Numbered from the stretch's first letter, positions 6,975-17,201 are shown. The stretch is DNA of 29,860 bases from a virus (IMGVR_UViG_2703718820_000019), one strand, 5' to 3'. A program made the numbers and translations. Notes: generated by a model not told the origin, from the letters alone.

Positions 6975-8009
6975 TCAGCCGTTGTCAGTGTCCAGTGAGT
7001 AGTTTTTAAAGCGGATGACCTCCTGACCGAGCCAGCCGTTTATCTCGCGGATCCTGTCCTGTAACGGGATAAGCTCATTGCGGACAAAGACCTTTGCCAC
7101 TTTCTCAATATCACCCAGCGACCCGACGTTCTCCGGCTTGCCGCCCATCAACTGAAAGGGGATGCGGTGCGCGTCCAGCAGGTCTGCGGCGCTGGCTTTT
7201 TTGATATTAAAAAAATCGTCCTTCGTTGCCACTTCACTGAGCGGGATAATTTTAATGCCGTCGGCTTTCCCCTGCGGGGCATAGAGAAACAGATTTTTAA
7301 AGTTGTTGCGGCCTTTCGACTTGACCATGTTTTCGCGAAGCATTTCGATATCGTTGCGATCCTGCACGGCATCGGTGACGTACATGATGTATCCGGCATG
7401 TGCGCCGTTTTCGTAATACTTGCGGCGGAACAGCGTGGCCGACTCATTCAGCCAGGCAGAATTAAGGGCGCTGAGATATTCCGGCAGGCCGTACAGCTCC
7501 TGATTAATATCCGGCTCCAGCAGGTGAAACACGGAGCCGGGCGCGAAGGCTGTCGGCTCGTTGAAGGACGGCACCCACCAGTAAACATCCTCCTCCACGC
7601 CACGGCGGGTATATTTTGCCGGTGAGGTTTCCAGTCTGATGACCTTACCGGTGGTGCTGTAACGCTTTTCCAGAAACGCATTACCGAACACCAGAAAATC
7701 CAGCACAAAGCGGCTGAAATCCTGCTGGGAAAGCCACGGGTGCGGAATAAACGTTGAAGCCAGAATATTACGTTTGACGTAAATCGGTGAGCTGTGATGT
7801 ACGGCAGCACGCAGGCTTTTTGCCAGACCGGTAAAGCTGACCGGTGGCTCATACCATCTGCCGTTACTGATGCACTCGACGTAATCCAGAATGTCACGGC
7901 GGTCGAGTACCGGCACCGGTTCACCAAAGGTGAATGCCTCCATTTTCGGGGCGCTGGCGGTCATTTTTTTTGCCGCAGGTTGCGGTGTTTTCCCTTTTTT
8001 CTTGCTCAT
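6975..8009 (-). CDS. Q: Portal protein (capsid portal vertex)
   Basis: 344 aa, the P2 gpQ length; sequence pattern consistent with P2 portal. Start ATG overlaps the P stop (ATGA on minus strand). Confidence 0.95.
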   Translation of the reverse strand: MSKKKGKTPQPAAKKMTASAPKMEAFTFGEPVPVLDRRDILDYVECISNGRWYEPPVSFTGLAKSLRAAVHHSSPIYVKRNILASTFIPHPWLSQQDFSRFVLDFLVFGNAFLEKRYSTTGKVIRLETSPAKYTRRGVEEDVYWWVPSFNEPTAFAPGSVFHLLEPDINQELYGLPEYLSALNSAWLNESATLFRRKYYENGAHAGYIMYVTDAVQDRNDIEMLRENMVKSKGRNNFKNLFLYAPQGKADGIKIIPLSEVATKDDFFNIKKASAADLLDAHRIPFQLMGGKPENVGSLGDIEKVAKVFVRNELIPLQDRIREINGWLGQEVIRFKNYSLDTDNG

Positions 8010-9781
8010 CAGTAAAACTCCAGAATGGTGGATGTCAGCGGGGTGCTGATACCGGCGGTGAGTGGCTCATTTAACAGGGCGTGCATGGTCGCCCAGGCGA
8101 GGTCGGCGTGGCTGGCCTCCTCGCTGCGGCTGGCCTCATAGGTGGCGCTGCGTCCGCTGCTGGTCATGGTCTTGCGGATAGCCATAAACGAGCTGGTGAT
8201 GTCGGTGGCGCTGACGTCATATTCCAGACAGCCACGGCGGATGACGTCTTTTGCCTTGAGCACCATTGCGGTTTTCATTTCCGGCGTGTAGCGGATATCG
8301 CGCGCGGCGGGATAGAACGAGCGCACGAGCTGGAACACGCCGACACCGAGTCCGGTGGCATCAATACCGATGTATTCGACGTTGTATTTTTCGGTGAGTT
8401 TGCGGATGGATTCTGCCTGGGTGGCAAAGTCCATGCCTTTCCACTGGTGACGCTCAAGTATTCTGAATTTGCCACCGGCCACCACCGGCGGTGCCAGCAC
8501 CACGCATCCGGCGCTGTCGCCACGGTGTGACGGGTCGTAACCAATCCATACCGGTCGGGAGCCGAACGGATTGGCGGCAAACGGCGCATAGTCTTCCCAT
8601 TCTTCCAGCGTGTCGACCATGCAGCGTTGCAGCTCCTCGAACGGGAACACCGATGCCTTGTCGTCAACAAATTCACACATGAACAGGTTTTTAAAATCGT
8701 CGGCGCTGTTTTCGCGTTTAAGCTGCTCAATGTCGAACAATGTGCAGCCGCCTTTCAGGGCGTCCTCAATGGTGACAATCTGCCGCCACTGGCCGTCCGC
8801 ACAGAGAAGCCCACCGGCAAGGGCGTTATGACTGACGTCGATTTCCACGCGTTCGGCGGCGCTGGCGCGTCCCCGGTTAAACAGTTCACCGGACCAGAAC
8901 GGGTAGGCGTCGTGCGCCAGCGTGGACGGGGTGGAGAAATAGGTCGAGCGCAGGTGACTCTGTGAGGCCATACCTGATGCCACCTTACGCAGTACCTGAA
9001 AATTCGGGATCCAGAAAATCTCGTCGACGTACAGGTCGCCGTTATGGCTCTGCGCGGTGTTGGAGTTGGTGCCGAGAAAAATCAGTTTTGCGCCGTTATT
9101 GCCCAGGACAATCGGGTCACCGGTCAGGTCAACGTCAACCAGACGGGCAAAGGCGATGATGTATTCACGGAACACATACGCCTGCGTTTTACTGGCCGAC
9201 AGAAAAATCTGGTTATGGCCGGTTTTCAGGGCGCGCAGCAGCGCCTCGCGGGAAAAATAAAACGTCGCGCCAATCTGGCGGGATTTCAGGATATCGCGGA
9301 TGCGGTGCTCAAGCCCGGCGCGATACCAGTGCAACTGATATTCGAAAGACTGCTCAAAGAAAATCTGCTCCAGCTTTTCGATAGCCTCGTCACTGAAAAA
9401 ATTCTTTTTCGGTTTGCGCCGCCCGCCTTTGTTGCGGTTAGCGATGTTCGGATTAAGGTCTGCCTCGTTGCCGGTCTGGCTGTAGCGGTTTACCCGTGCC
9501 AGTCGTTCAATCTGGCGTCCGAGCAGGTCAATTTCCTTGAAGTCACCGCCGGTTTTCTGCGGTTTGATGATGAGCTGGGTCAGCCGCGCTTCCAGACTCA
9601 TTTCGACACGGCTGATGGGGGCAACGCTGTCCCAGCCGTCGCGCTGTTTCCAGCTCTGCACCGTCGGGCGTTTCATCTGCAACATGGCGGCAATCTGCGG
9701 CACGGAAAACCCCTGCCAGTACAGCAGCGCCGCCTGACGACGCGGGTCGTGTAAAAGAGTGGTGTCTGTGGTGATGGTCAT
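8009..9781 (-). CDS. P: Terminase large (ATPase) subunit
   Basis: From the ATG at 9781 (MTITTDTTLLHDPRRQAALLYWQGF...) gives 590 aa, matching P2 gpP as I remember it. The listed ORF extends to 9811, an upstream in-frame start I consider less likely. Confidence 0.93.
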   Translation of the reverse strand: MTITTDTTLLHDPRRQAALLYWQGFSVPQIAAMLQMKRPTVQSWKQRDGWDSVAPISRVEMSLEARLTQLIIKPQKTGGDFKEIDLLGRQIERLARVNRYSQTGNEADLNPNIANRNKGGRRKPKKNFFSDEAIEKLEQIFFEQSFEYQLHWYRAGLEHRIRDILKSRQIGATFYFSREALLRALKTGHNQIFLSASKTQAYVFREYIIAFARLVDVDLTGDPIVLGNNGAKLIFLGTNSNTAQSHNGDLYVDEIFWIPNFQVLRKVASGMASQSHLRSTYFSTPSTLAHDAYPFWSGELFNRGRASAAERVEIDVSHNALAGGLLCADGQWRQIVTIEDALKGGCTLFDIEQLKRENSADDFKNLFMCEFVDDKASVFPFEELQRCMVDTLEEWEDYAPFAANPFGSRPVWIGYDPSHRGDSAGCVVLAPPVVAGGKFRILERHQWKGMDFATQAESIRKLTEKYNVEYIGIDATGLGVGVFQLVRSFYPAARDIRYTPEMKTAMVLKAKDVIRRGCLEYDVSATDITSSFMAIRKTMTSSGRSATYEASRSEEASHADLAWATMHALLNEPLTAGISTPLTSTILEFY

Positions 9782-9954
9782 GAATACCTCGCCGTGATGA
9801 ATACACGGCAAGGCTACTGAGTCGCGCCCCGCGATTCGCTAAGGTGCTGTTGTGTCAGTGATAAGCCATCCGGGACTGATGGCGGAGGATGCGCATCGTC
9901 GGGAAACTGATGCCGACATGTGACTCCTCTAATCACTATTCAGGACTCCTGACA

Positions 9955-10809
9955 ATGGCAAAAAAAGTCTCAAAATTCTTTCGTATCGGCGTTGAGGGTG
10001 ACACCTGTGACGGGCGTGTCATCAGTGCGCAGGATATTCAGGAAATGGCTGAAACCTTTGACCCGCGCGTCTATGGTTGCCGCATTAACCTGGAACATCT
10101 GCGCGGCATCCTGCCTGACGGTATTTTTAAACGTTATGGCGATGTGGTTGAACTGAAGGCCGAAAAGATTGATGACGATTCGGCGCTGAAAGGCAAATGG
10201 GCGCTGTTTGCGAAAATCACCCCGACCGATGACCTTATCGCGATGAACAAGGCCGCGCAGAAGGTCTACACCTCAATGGAAATTCAGCCGAACTTTGCCA
10301 ACACCGGCAAATGTTATCTGGTGGGGCTGGCCGTCACCGATGACCCGGCAAGCCTCGGCACGGAATATCTGGAATTCTGCCGCACGGCAAAACACAACCC
10401 CCTGAACCGCTTCAAATTAAGCCCTGAAAACCTGATTTCAGTGGCAACGCCTGTTGAGCTGGAATTTGAAGACCTGCCTGAAACCGTGTTCACCGCCCTG
10501 ACCGAAAAGGTGAAATCCATTTTTGGCCGCAAACAGGCCAGCGATGATGCCCGTCTGAATGACGTGCATGAAGCGGTGACCGCTGTTGCTGAACATGTGC
10601 AGGAAAAACTGAGCGCCACTGAGCAGCGCCTCGCTGAGATGGAAACCGCCTTTTCTGCACTTAAGCAGGAGGTGACTGACAGGGCGGATGAAACCAGCCA
10701 GGCATTCAGCCGCCTGAAAAACAGTCTCGACCACACCGAAAGTCTGACCCAGCAGCGCCGCAGCAAGGCCACCGGCGGTGGCGGTGACGCCCTGATGACG
10801 AACTGCTGA
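9955..10809 (+). CDS. O: Capsid scaffolding protein
   Basis: From the ATG at 9955 (MAKKVSKFFRIGVEGDTCDGRV...) gives 284 aa, the P2 gpO length; divergent from P as in P2. The listed ORF starts earlier at 9889. Confidence 0.93.
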   Translation: MAKKVSKFFRIGVEGDTCDGRVISAQDIQEMAETFDPRVYGCRINLEHLRGILPDGIFKRYGDVVELKAEKIDDDSALKGKWALFAKITPTDDLIAMNKAAQKVYTSMEIQPNFANTGKCYLVGLAVTDDPASLGTEYLEFCRTAKHNPLNRFKLSPENLISVATPVELEFEDLPETVFTALTEKVKSIFGRKQASDDARLNDVHEAVTAVAEHVQEKLSATEQRLAEMETAFSALKQEVTDRADETSQAFSRLKNSLDHTESLTQQRRSKATGGGGDALMTNC

Positions 10810-10867
10810 CCGGCGTCAGTCAGTCCGGGAAAACCTTCACGATTAACCCTTAATTTCAGGAAAAACT

Positions 10868-11941
10868 ATGCGCCAGGAAACCCGCTTTAAATTTAATGCC
10901 TACCTGTCCCGTGTTGCCGAACTGAACGGCATTGACGCCGGTGATGTGTCGAAAAAATTCACCGTTGAACCGTCGGTCACCCAGACCCTGATGAACACCA
11001 TGCAGGAGTCCTCTGATTTTCTGACCCGCATCAACATTGTGCCGGTCAGCGAAATGAAAGGGGAAAAAATTGGTATTGGTGTCACCGGCTCCATCGCCAG
11101 CACCAGCGACACCGCCGGTGGCACCGAGCGTCAGCCGAAGGACTTCTCGAAGCTGGCGTCAAACAAGTACGAATGCGACCAGATTAACTTCGATTTTTAT
11201 ATCCGCTACAAAACGCTTGACCTGTGGGCGCGTTATCAGGATTTCCAGCTCCGTGTCCGTAACGCCATTATCAAACGCCAGTCCCTTGATTTAATCATGG
11301 CCGGTTTTAACGGCGTGAGGCGTGCCGAAACCTCTGACCGCAGCAGTAATCCGATGCTACAGGATGTGGCGGTCGGCTGGCTGCAGAAATACCGCAATGA
11401 AGCACCGGCGCGCGTGATGAGCAAGGTCACTGACGAGGAAGGGCACACCACCTCTGAGGTTATCCGCGTGGGTAAGGGCGGTGATTATGCCAGCCTTGAC
11501 GCACTGGTGATGGATGCGACCAACAACCTGATTGAGCCGTGGTATCAGGAAGACCCTGACCTTGTGGTGATTGTGGGACGTCAGCTACTGGCGGACAAGT
11601 ATTTTCCCATCGTCAACAAGGAGCAGGACAACAGCGAAATGCTGGCCGCTGACGTCATCATCAGCCAGAAACGCATCGGTAACCTGCCGGCGGTACGCGT
11701 CCCGTACTTCCCGGCGGATGCGATGCTCATCACAAAGCTGGAAAACCTGTCCATCTACTACATGGATGACAGCCATCGCCGCGTGATTGTGGAAAACCCG
11801 AAACTCGACCGCGTGGAGAACTACGAGTCAATGAACATTGATTACGTGGTGGAGGACTACGCCGCCGGTTGTCTGGTGGAAAAAATTAAGGTCGGTGATT
11901 TCTCCACACTGGCTAAAGCGACCGCAGAGCCGGGAGCGTAA
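10868..11941 (+). CDS. N: Major capsid protein
   Basis: 357 aa, the P2 gpN length, in the conserved position. Confidence 0.95.
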   Translation: MRQETRFKFNAYLSRVAELNGIDAGDVSKKFTVEPSVTQTLMNTMQESSDFLTRINIVPVSEMKGEKIGIGVTGSIASTSDTAGGTERQPKDFSKLASNKYECDQINFDFYIRYKTLDLWARYQDFQLRVRNAIIKRQSLDLIMAGFNGVRRAETSDRSSNPMLQDVAVGWLQKYRNEAPARVMSKVTDEEGHTTSEVIRVGKGGDYASLDALVMDATNNLIEPWYQEDPDLVVIVGRQLLADKYFPIVNKEQDNSEMLAADVIISQKRIGNLPAVRVPYFPADAMLITKLENLSIYYMDDSHRRVIVENPKLDRVENYESMNIDYVVEDYAAGCLVEKIKVGDFSTLAKATAEPGA

Positions 11942-11944
11942 CCG

Positions 11945-12688
11945 ATGACGAGTCCCGCACAGCGCCACATGATGCGGGTCTCGGCAGCGATGACCGCGCA
12001 GCGGGAAGCCGCCCCGCTGCGACATGCAACTGTCTATGAGCAGATGCTGGTCAAGCTGGCCGCAGACCAGCGCACACTGAAAGCAATTTATTCAAAAGAA
12101 CTGAAGGCCGCGAAAAAACGCGAACTGCTGCCGTTCTGGTTGCCGTGGGTGAACGGCGTGCTGGAGCAGGGCAAAGGTGCACAGGATGACATTCTGATGA
12201 CGGTCATGCTGTGGCGTCTGGATACCGGCGATATTGCCGGTGCGCTGGAGATTGCCCGTTATGCCCTGAAATACGGTCTGACCATGCCGGGTAAACACCG
12301 CCGCACCCCGCCGTACATGTTCACCGAGGAGGTGGCACTTGCGGCCATGCGCGCCCACGCTGCCGGTGAGTCTGTGGATCCCCGCCTGCTGACGGACACC
12401 CTCGAACTGACCGCCACGGCTGACATGCCTGATGAAGTGCGCGCAAAGTTGCACAAAATCACCGGTCTGTTTCTGCGTGACGCTGGTGATGCCGTCGGTG
12501 CGCTGGCTCACCTGCAACGTGCGACACAGCTCGACTGTCAGGCAGGCGTCAAAAAAGAGATTGAACGACTGGAGCGGGAGCTGAAACCGAAGCCGGAGCC
12601 GCAGCCCAAAGCGGCCACCCGCACTCCGCGTAAGACCCGGAGCGTGACACCGGCAAAACGTGGACGCCCGAAAAAGAAAGCCAGTTAA
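11945..12688 (+). CDS. M: Terminase small / endonuclease subunit
   Basis: 247 aa, the P2 gpM length; lysine-rich basic C-terminus; conserved position. Confidence 0.93.
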   Translation: MTSPAQRHMMRVSAAMTAQREAAPLRHATVYEQMLVKLAADQRTLKAIYSKELKAAKKRELLPFWLPWVNGVLEQGKGAQDDILMTVMLWRLDTGDIAGALEIARYALKYGLTMPGKHRRTPPYMFTEEVALAAMRAHAAGESVDPRLLTDTLELTATADMPDEVRAKLHKITGLFLRDAGDAVGALAHLQRATQLDCQAGVKKEIERLERELKPKPEPQPKAATRTPRKTRSVTPAKRGRPKKKAS

Positions 12689-12787
12689 CAACCGAATGCG
12701 CCCCGCGCCAGGGCGGCACGCCGGTCAGTGTGGGTGAATCACCTGACACTGCACCGGCGTCCACCGCCCGACTTTTCTGAGGTAGTC

Positions 12788-13297
12788 ATGATGACGCTGA
12801 TTATTCCGCGAAAGGAGGCTCCCGTGTCCGGTGAGGGTACGGTGGTCATCCCGCAACCGGCAGGCGACGAGCCGGTGATTAAAAACACGTTCTTTTTTCC
12901 CGATATCGACCCGAAGCGCGTCCGGGAACGTATGCGCCTTGAGCAGACCGTCGCCCCCGCCCGTCTGCGTGAGGCCATCAAGTCAGGCATGGCGGAGACG
13001 AATGCGGAGCTGTACGAGTACCGCGAACAGAAAATTGCCGCCGGTTTTACGCGTCTGGCGGACGTCCCGGCGGACGACATCGACGGTGAAAGCATCAAAG
13101 TTTTTTACTACGAGCGCGCCGTGTGTGCGATGGCGACCGCGTCGCTTTATGAACGTTATCGCGGTGTGGATGCCAGTGCGAAAGGCGACAAGAAGGCCGA
13201 CAGCATTGACAGCACCATTGATGAGCTGTGGCGGGATATGCGCTGGGCAGTGGCGCGCATCCAGGACAAGCCGCGCTGCATCGTGAGTCAAATCTGA
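12788..13297 (+). CDS. L: Capsid (head) completion protein
   Basis: From the ATG at 12788 (MMTLIIPRKEAP...) gives 169 aa, the P2 gpL length. The listed ORF starts upstream at 12728. Confidence 0.9.
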   Translation: MMTLIIPRKEAPVSGEGTVVIPQPAGDEPVIKNTFFFPDIDPKRVRERMRLEQTVAPARLREAIKSGMAETNAELYEYREQKIAAGFTRLADVPADDIDGESIKVFYYERAVCAMATASLYERYRGVDASAKGDKKADSIDSTIDELWRDMRWAVARIQDKPRCIVSQI

Positions 13298-13500
13298 TGA
13301 AGACCTTTGCGCTACAGGGCGACACGCTCGACGCCATTTGTGTCCGCTATTACGGGCGCACTGAGGGCGTGGTCGAGGCCGTGCTCGCCGCAAATCCGGG
13401 ACTGGCTGAACTGGGGGCGGTGCTGCCACACGGCACCGCCGTCGAACTGCCCGACGTTCAGACCGCGCCCGTGGCTGAAACTGTCAATCTGTGGGAGTAA
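13297..13500 (+). CDS. X: Tail protein X
   Basis: ATG at 13297 overlapping the L stop; 67 aa (MKTFALQGDTLDAICVRYYGRTEG...), matching P2 gpX as I remember it. Confidence 0.9.
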   Translation: MKTFALQGDTLDAICVRYYGRTEGVVEAVLAANPGLAELGAVLPHGTAVELPDVQTAPVAETVNLWE

Positions 13501-13503
13501 CGC

Positions 13504-13785
13504 ATGACAGCAGAAGAAAAAAGCGTCCTGTCGCTTTTCATGATTGGGGTGCTGATTGTTGTCGGCAAGGTGCTTGCCGGTGGTGAACCCATCACCCCGC
13601 GTCTGTTTATCGGGCGCATGTTGCTCGGTGGTTTTGTCTCGATGGTTGCCGGTGTTGTTCTGGTGCAGTTTCCTGACCTGTCACTGCCTGCGGTGTGCGG
13701 TATCGGCTCCATGCTGGGTATCGCCGGTTATCAGGTGATTGAGATTGCCATTCAGCGCCGCTTTAAGGGCAGGGGGAAACCGTAA
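13504..13785 (+). CDS. Y: Holin
   Basis: 93 aa with hydrophobic transmembrane segments; first gene of the lysis cassette, as P2 gpY. Confidence 0.9.
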   Translation: MTAEEKSVLSLFMIGVLIVVGKVLAGGEPITPRLFIGRMLLGGFVSMVAGVVLVQFPDLSLPAVCGIGSMLGIAGYQVIEIAIQRRFKGRGKP

Positions 13786-14282
13786 TGCCGGTTATTAACA
13801 CGCATCAGAATATCGCCGCCTTTCTCGACATGCTGGCCGTGTCCGAAGGGACGGCAAACCATCCGCTGACGAAAAACCGGGGCTATGACGTGATAGTCAC
13901 CGGACTGGACGGGAAGCCGGAAATTTTCACCGACTACAGTGACCACCCGTTCGCACATGGCCGACCGGCGAAGGTGTTTAACCGTCGCGGTGAAAAATCC
14001 ACGGCCTCCGGTCGCTATCAGCAGCTTTACCTGTTCTGGCCGCATTACCGCAAACAGCTTGCCCTGCCGGATTTCAGTCCGTTGTCACAGGACAGACTTG
14101 CCATTCAGTTGATCCGCGAACGCGGTGCACTGGATGACATCCGGGCGGGACGCATTGAGCGAGCCATTTCACGCTGTCGCAATATCTGGGCGTCCCTGCC
14201 GGGTGCCGGTTACGGTCAGCGTGAGCATTCACTGGAAAAACTGGTCACCGTCTGGCGTACCGCTGGCGGCGTACCGGCTTAA
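13785..14282 (+). CDS. K: Endolysin (lysozyme)
   Basis: 165 aa, the P2 gpK length; ATG overlaps the Y stop. Confidence 0.9.
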   Translation: MPVINTHQNIAAFLDMLAVSEGTANHPLTKNRGYDVIVTGLDGKPEIFTDYSDHPFAHGRPAKVFNRRGEKSTASGRYQQLYLFWPHYRKQLALPDFSPLSQDRLAIQLIRERGALDDIRAGRIERAISRCRNIWASLPGAGYGQREHSLEKLVTVWRTAGGVPA

Positions 14283-14296
14283 ACGGAGTAAACACC

Positions 14297-14722
14297 ATGA
14301 AGAAATTATCCCTTTCACTGATGCTGAACGTGTCGCTGGCGCTGATGCTGGCACTGTCCCTGATTTACCCGCAGAGCGTGGCCGTCAATTTTGTCGCCGC
14401 CTGGGTGATTCTGGCGACGGTTATCTGTGTGGTTGCCGGTGGTGTCGGCGTGTATGCCACTGAGTATGTGCTGGAACGCTACGGGCGGGAGCTGCCGCCG
14501 GAATCGCTGGCAGTGAAGATTGTCGCGTCGCTGTTTTTGCAGCCGGTGCCGTGGCGCAGACGGGCGGCGGCTCTGGTGGTGATGGTGGCAACGTTTATCT
14601 CGCTGGTCGCTGCCGGGTGGATTTTTACCGCGCTGATTTACCTCGTGGCGTCGGTGTTCTTCCGGCTGATACGCACGGCCTGTCGTCAGCGTTTTGAGGG
14701 GCGGGAACCATGTCAAAGCTGA
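14297..14722 (+). CDS. lysA: LysA lysis-timing membrane protein
   Basis: 141-aa polytopic hydrophobic protein after K, as P2 LysA. SD GGAG upstream. Confidence 0.85.
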   Translation: MKKLSLSLMLNVSLALMLALSLIYPQSVAVNFVAAWVILATVICVVAGGVGVYATEYVLERYGRELPPESLAVKIVASLFLQPVPWRRRAAALVVMVATFISLVAAGWIFTALIYLVASVFFRLIRTACRQRFEGREPCQS

Positions 14723-15135
14723 TGATTGTGCTGGTTGTGTTGTTATCACTGGCGGTGGCCGGTCTGTTTCTGGCGAAGCATGAAAACGCCAGCCTGCGCA
14801 CCTCGCTGGACAGGGCGAACAACGTCGCCAACGGGCAGCAGACGATCATCACCATGCTGAAAAATCAGCTTCATGTTGCCCTCACCAGAGCAGACAAAAA
14901 CGAGCTGGCGCAGGTGGCACTGCGTCAGGAACTGGAGAACGCGGCGAAGCGTGAAGCACAGCGCGAGAAAACCATCACGAGGTTACTGAATGAAAACGAA
15001 GATTTTCGCCGCTGGTACGGCGCTGGCCTGCCTGATGCTGTGCGCCGGTTGCACCAGCGCCCGGCCTGCACCGACGCCAGTGATTGTCGCCAACGCCTGC
15101 CCGAAAGTGAGCCTTTGCCCGATGCCGGGCAGTGA
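14710..15135 (+). CDS. lysB: LysB, i-spanin (Rz-like)
   Basis: 141 aa with an N-terminal transmembrane anchor followed by a charged, coiled-coil-like periplasmic region. Confidence 0.85.
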   Translation: MSKLMIVLVVLLSLAVAGLFLAKHENASLRTSLDRANNVANGQQTIITMLKNQLHVALTRADKNELAQVALRQELENAAKREAQREKTITRLLNENEDFRRWYGAGLPDAVRRLHQRPACTDASDCRQRLPESEPLPDAGQ

Positions 15136-15280
15136 CCCGGAGACGAACGGCGATTTAAGTGCCGATATCCGACAGCTTGAGAACGCGCTGGCACGCTGTG
15201 CCAGCCAGGTAAAAATGATTAAACACTGTCAGGACGAAAACGATGCTCAAACCCGACAGCCTGCGCAGGGCGCTGACTGA
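14990..15280 (+). CDS. lysC: LysC, o-spanin lipoprotein (Rz1-like), overlapping lysB in another frame
   Basis: 96 aa; signal peptide with lipobox (LCAGC), proline-rich. Starts inside lysB in a different frame and runs past its end into R, the P2 LysB/LysC arrangement. Confidence 0.8.
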   Translation: MKTKIFAAGTALACLMLCAGCTSARPAPTPVIVANACPKVSLCPMPGSDPETNGDLSADIRQLENALARCASQVKMIKHCQDENDAQTRQPAQGAD

Positions 15281-15710
15281 TGCCGTCACGGTGCTGAAAA
15301 CCAGTCCCGAGATGCTGCGGATATTCGTTGATAACGGGAGTATTGCCTCCACGCTGGCGACGTCGTTGTCATTCGAAAAGCGTTACACGCTCAATGTGAT
15401 TGTGACCGACTTTACCGGTGATTTTGACCTGCTCATCGTGCCGGTGCTGGCGTGGCTGCGGGAAAATCAGCCCGACATCATGACCACCGACGCAGGCCAG
15501 AAAAAGGGCTTCACGTTTTATGCAGACATCAACAATGACAGCAGCTTTGATATCAGCATCAGCCTGATGCTGACCGAGCGCACGCTGGTCAGTGAGGTGG
15601 ACGGCGCACTGCATGTGAAGAATATCCCGGAACCCACGCCGCCGGAGCCGGTCACCCGCCCGATGGAGCTTTATATCAATGGCGAACTGGTGAGCAAGTG
15701 GGATGAATGA
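15243..15710 (+). CDS. R: Tail completion protein R
   Basis: 155 aa, the P2 gpR length; conserved position. Confidence 0.9.
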   Translation: MLKPDSLRRALTDAVTVLKTSPEMLRIFVDNGSIASTLATSLSFEKRYTLNVIVTDFTGDFDLLIVPVLAWLRENQPDIMTTDAGQKKGFTFYADINNDSSFDISISLMLTERTLVSEVDGALHVKNIPEPTPPEPVTRPMELYINGELVSKWDE

Positions 15711-16155
15711 GTTTAAGCGTTTTGAAGACCGGCTGACCGGACTGATTGAATCGCTGTCACCGTCAGGGCGTCGGCGACTGAGCGCCGAACTGGCGAAACG
15801 TCTGCGGCAGAGTCAGCAGCGTCGGGTGATGGCTCAGAAAGCCCCGGACGGCACACCCTACGCACCACGCCAGCAGCAGAGCGCCAGAAAAAAGACTGGT
15901 CGTGTTAAGCGAAAAATGTTTGCGAAACTTATCACCAGTCGTTTTTTGCATATCCGCGCCAGCCCGGAACAGGCATCAATGGAGTTTTACGGCGGGAAGT
16001 CACCGAAAATCGCCAGCGTGCATCAGTTCGGTCTGTCGGAAGAAACCCGGAAAGACGGTAAGAAAATTGATTATCCGGCGCGTCCCCTGCTCGGCTTTAC
16101 CGGTGAGGATGTGCAGATGATTGAAGAGATTATCCTGGCTCACCTCGACCGTTAG
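15703..16155 (+). CDS. S: Tail completion protein S
   Basis: 150 aa, the P2 gpS length; start overlaps the R stop. Confidence 0.9.
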   Translation: MNEFKRFEDRLTGLIESLSPSGRRRLSAELAKRLRQSQQRRVMAQKAPDGTPYAPRQQQSARKKTGRVKRKMFAKLITSRFLHIRASPEQASMEFYGGKSPKIASVHQFGLSEETRKDGKKIDYPARPLLGFTGEDVQMIEEIILAHLDR

Positions 16156-16221
16156 TTGTGCCATTCCTGACACCTCATCGTCACATTGCCGCCGGTATGA
16201 CCCGGCGGCATCCTTCCCGTT

Positions 16222-16857
16222 ATGAACACTCTCGCAAATATTCAGGAACTCGCGCGCGCACTGCGCAACATGATCCGCACCGGCATTATCGTCGAAACCG
16301 ACCTTAATGCTGGTCGCTGCCGTGTGCAGACCGGCGGCATGTGCACCGACTGGCTTCAGTGGCTGACCCATCGCGCCGGTCGTTCGCGCACATGGTGGGC
16401 ACCTTCCGTGGGGGAACAGGTGCTGATTCTGGCCGTGGGCGGTGAACTCGACACGGCGTTCGTTCTGCCGGGGATTTATTCCGGCGATAACCCCGCGCCG
16501 TCTGCGTCGGCGGATGCCCTGCATATCCGTTTCCCTGACGGGGCGGTGATTGAGTATGAACCTGAAACCAGCGCACTCACGGTAAGCGGAATTAAAACAG
16601 CCAGCGTGACGGCTTCTGATTCTGTTACTGCCACGGTGCCGGTGGTCATGGTGAAAGCATCAACCCGCGTCACCCTGGACACACCGGAGGTGGTCTGCAC
16701 CAACAGGCTGATTACCGGCACGCTGGAAGTGCAGAAGGGCGGGACGATGCGCGGCAACATTGAACACACCGGCGGTGAACTCTCATCAAACGGTAAGGTA
16801 CTGCACACCCATAAACACCCCGGCGACAGCGGCGGCACAACCGGGAGTCCTCTATGA
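16222..16857 (+). CDS. V: Baseplate spike / assembly protein V
   Basis: 211 aa, the P2 gpV length; conserved position. Confidence 0.92.
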   Translation: MNTLANIQELARALRNMIRTGIIVETDLNAGRCRVQTGGMCTDWLQWLTHRAGRSRTWWAPSVGEQVLILAVGGELDTAFVLPGIYSGDNPAPSASADALHIRFPDGAVIEYEPETSALTVSGIKTASVTASDSVTATVPVVMVKASTRVTLDTPEVVCTNRLITGTLEVQKGGTMRGNIEHTGGELSSNGKVLHTHKHPGDSGGTTGSPL

Positions 16858-17201
16858 CAGCGCGTTATCTCGGAATGAATCGCAGTGATGGCCTGACGGT
16901 CACTGACCTCGAGCATATCAGCCAGAGTATCGGCGATATCCTGCGCACACCAGTCGGCTCACGGGTGATGCGTCGTGATTACGGCTCGTTGCTGGCGTCA
17001 ATGATTGACCAGCCGCAGACCCCGGCGCTTGAGTTGCAGATTAAGGTCGCCTGTTACATGGCGGTGCTGAAATGGGAACCCCGCGTCACCCTGTCATCCG
17101 TCACCACTGAGCGCAGTTTTGACGGGCGAATGACGGTCACGTTAACCGGCCAGCACAACGACACTGGCCAGCCACTTTCGTTAACCATCCCTGTGAGTTG
17201 A
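16854..17201 (+). CDS. W: Baseplate protein W (gp25-like)
   Basis: 115 aa, the P2 gpW length; ATGA overlap with V. Confidence 0.92.
   Translation: MTARYLGMNRSDGLTVTDLEHISQSIGDILRTPVGSRVMRRDYGSLLASMIDQPQTPALELQIKVACYMAVLKWEPRVTLSSVTTERSFDGRMTVTLTGQHNDTGQPLSLTIPVS

Noticed and set aside
8081-9754. Several long ORFs antisense to the terminase gene P (8081..8530, 8275..8730, 8627..8965, 9044..9754)
   Set aside because: They lie entirely within the well-supported P coding sequence on the opposite strand or in other frames; typical spurious ORFs with no start context.
9782-9954. Ogr-dependent late promoters (TGT-N12-ACA dyad centred near -55) upstream of P/O, V and FI
   Set aside because: I looked for the dyad in the P-O divergent region, upstream of V (16156-16221) and upstream of FI (21556-21614) and found only imperfect matches such as TGT-N12-CAC at 9919-9936 and TGT-N10-ACA at 16157-16172, with implausible spacing to the start codons. 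Late promoters are expected but not placed with confidence.
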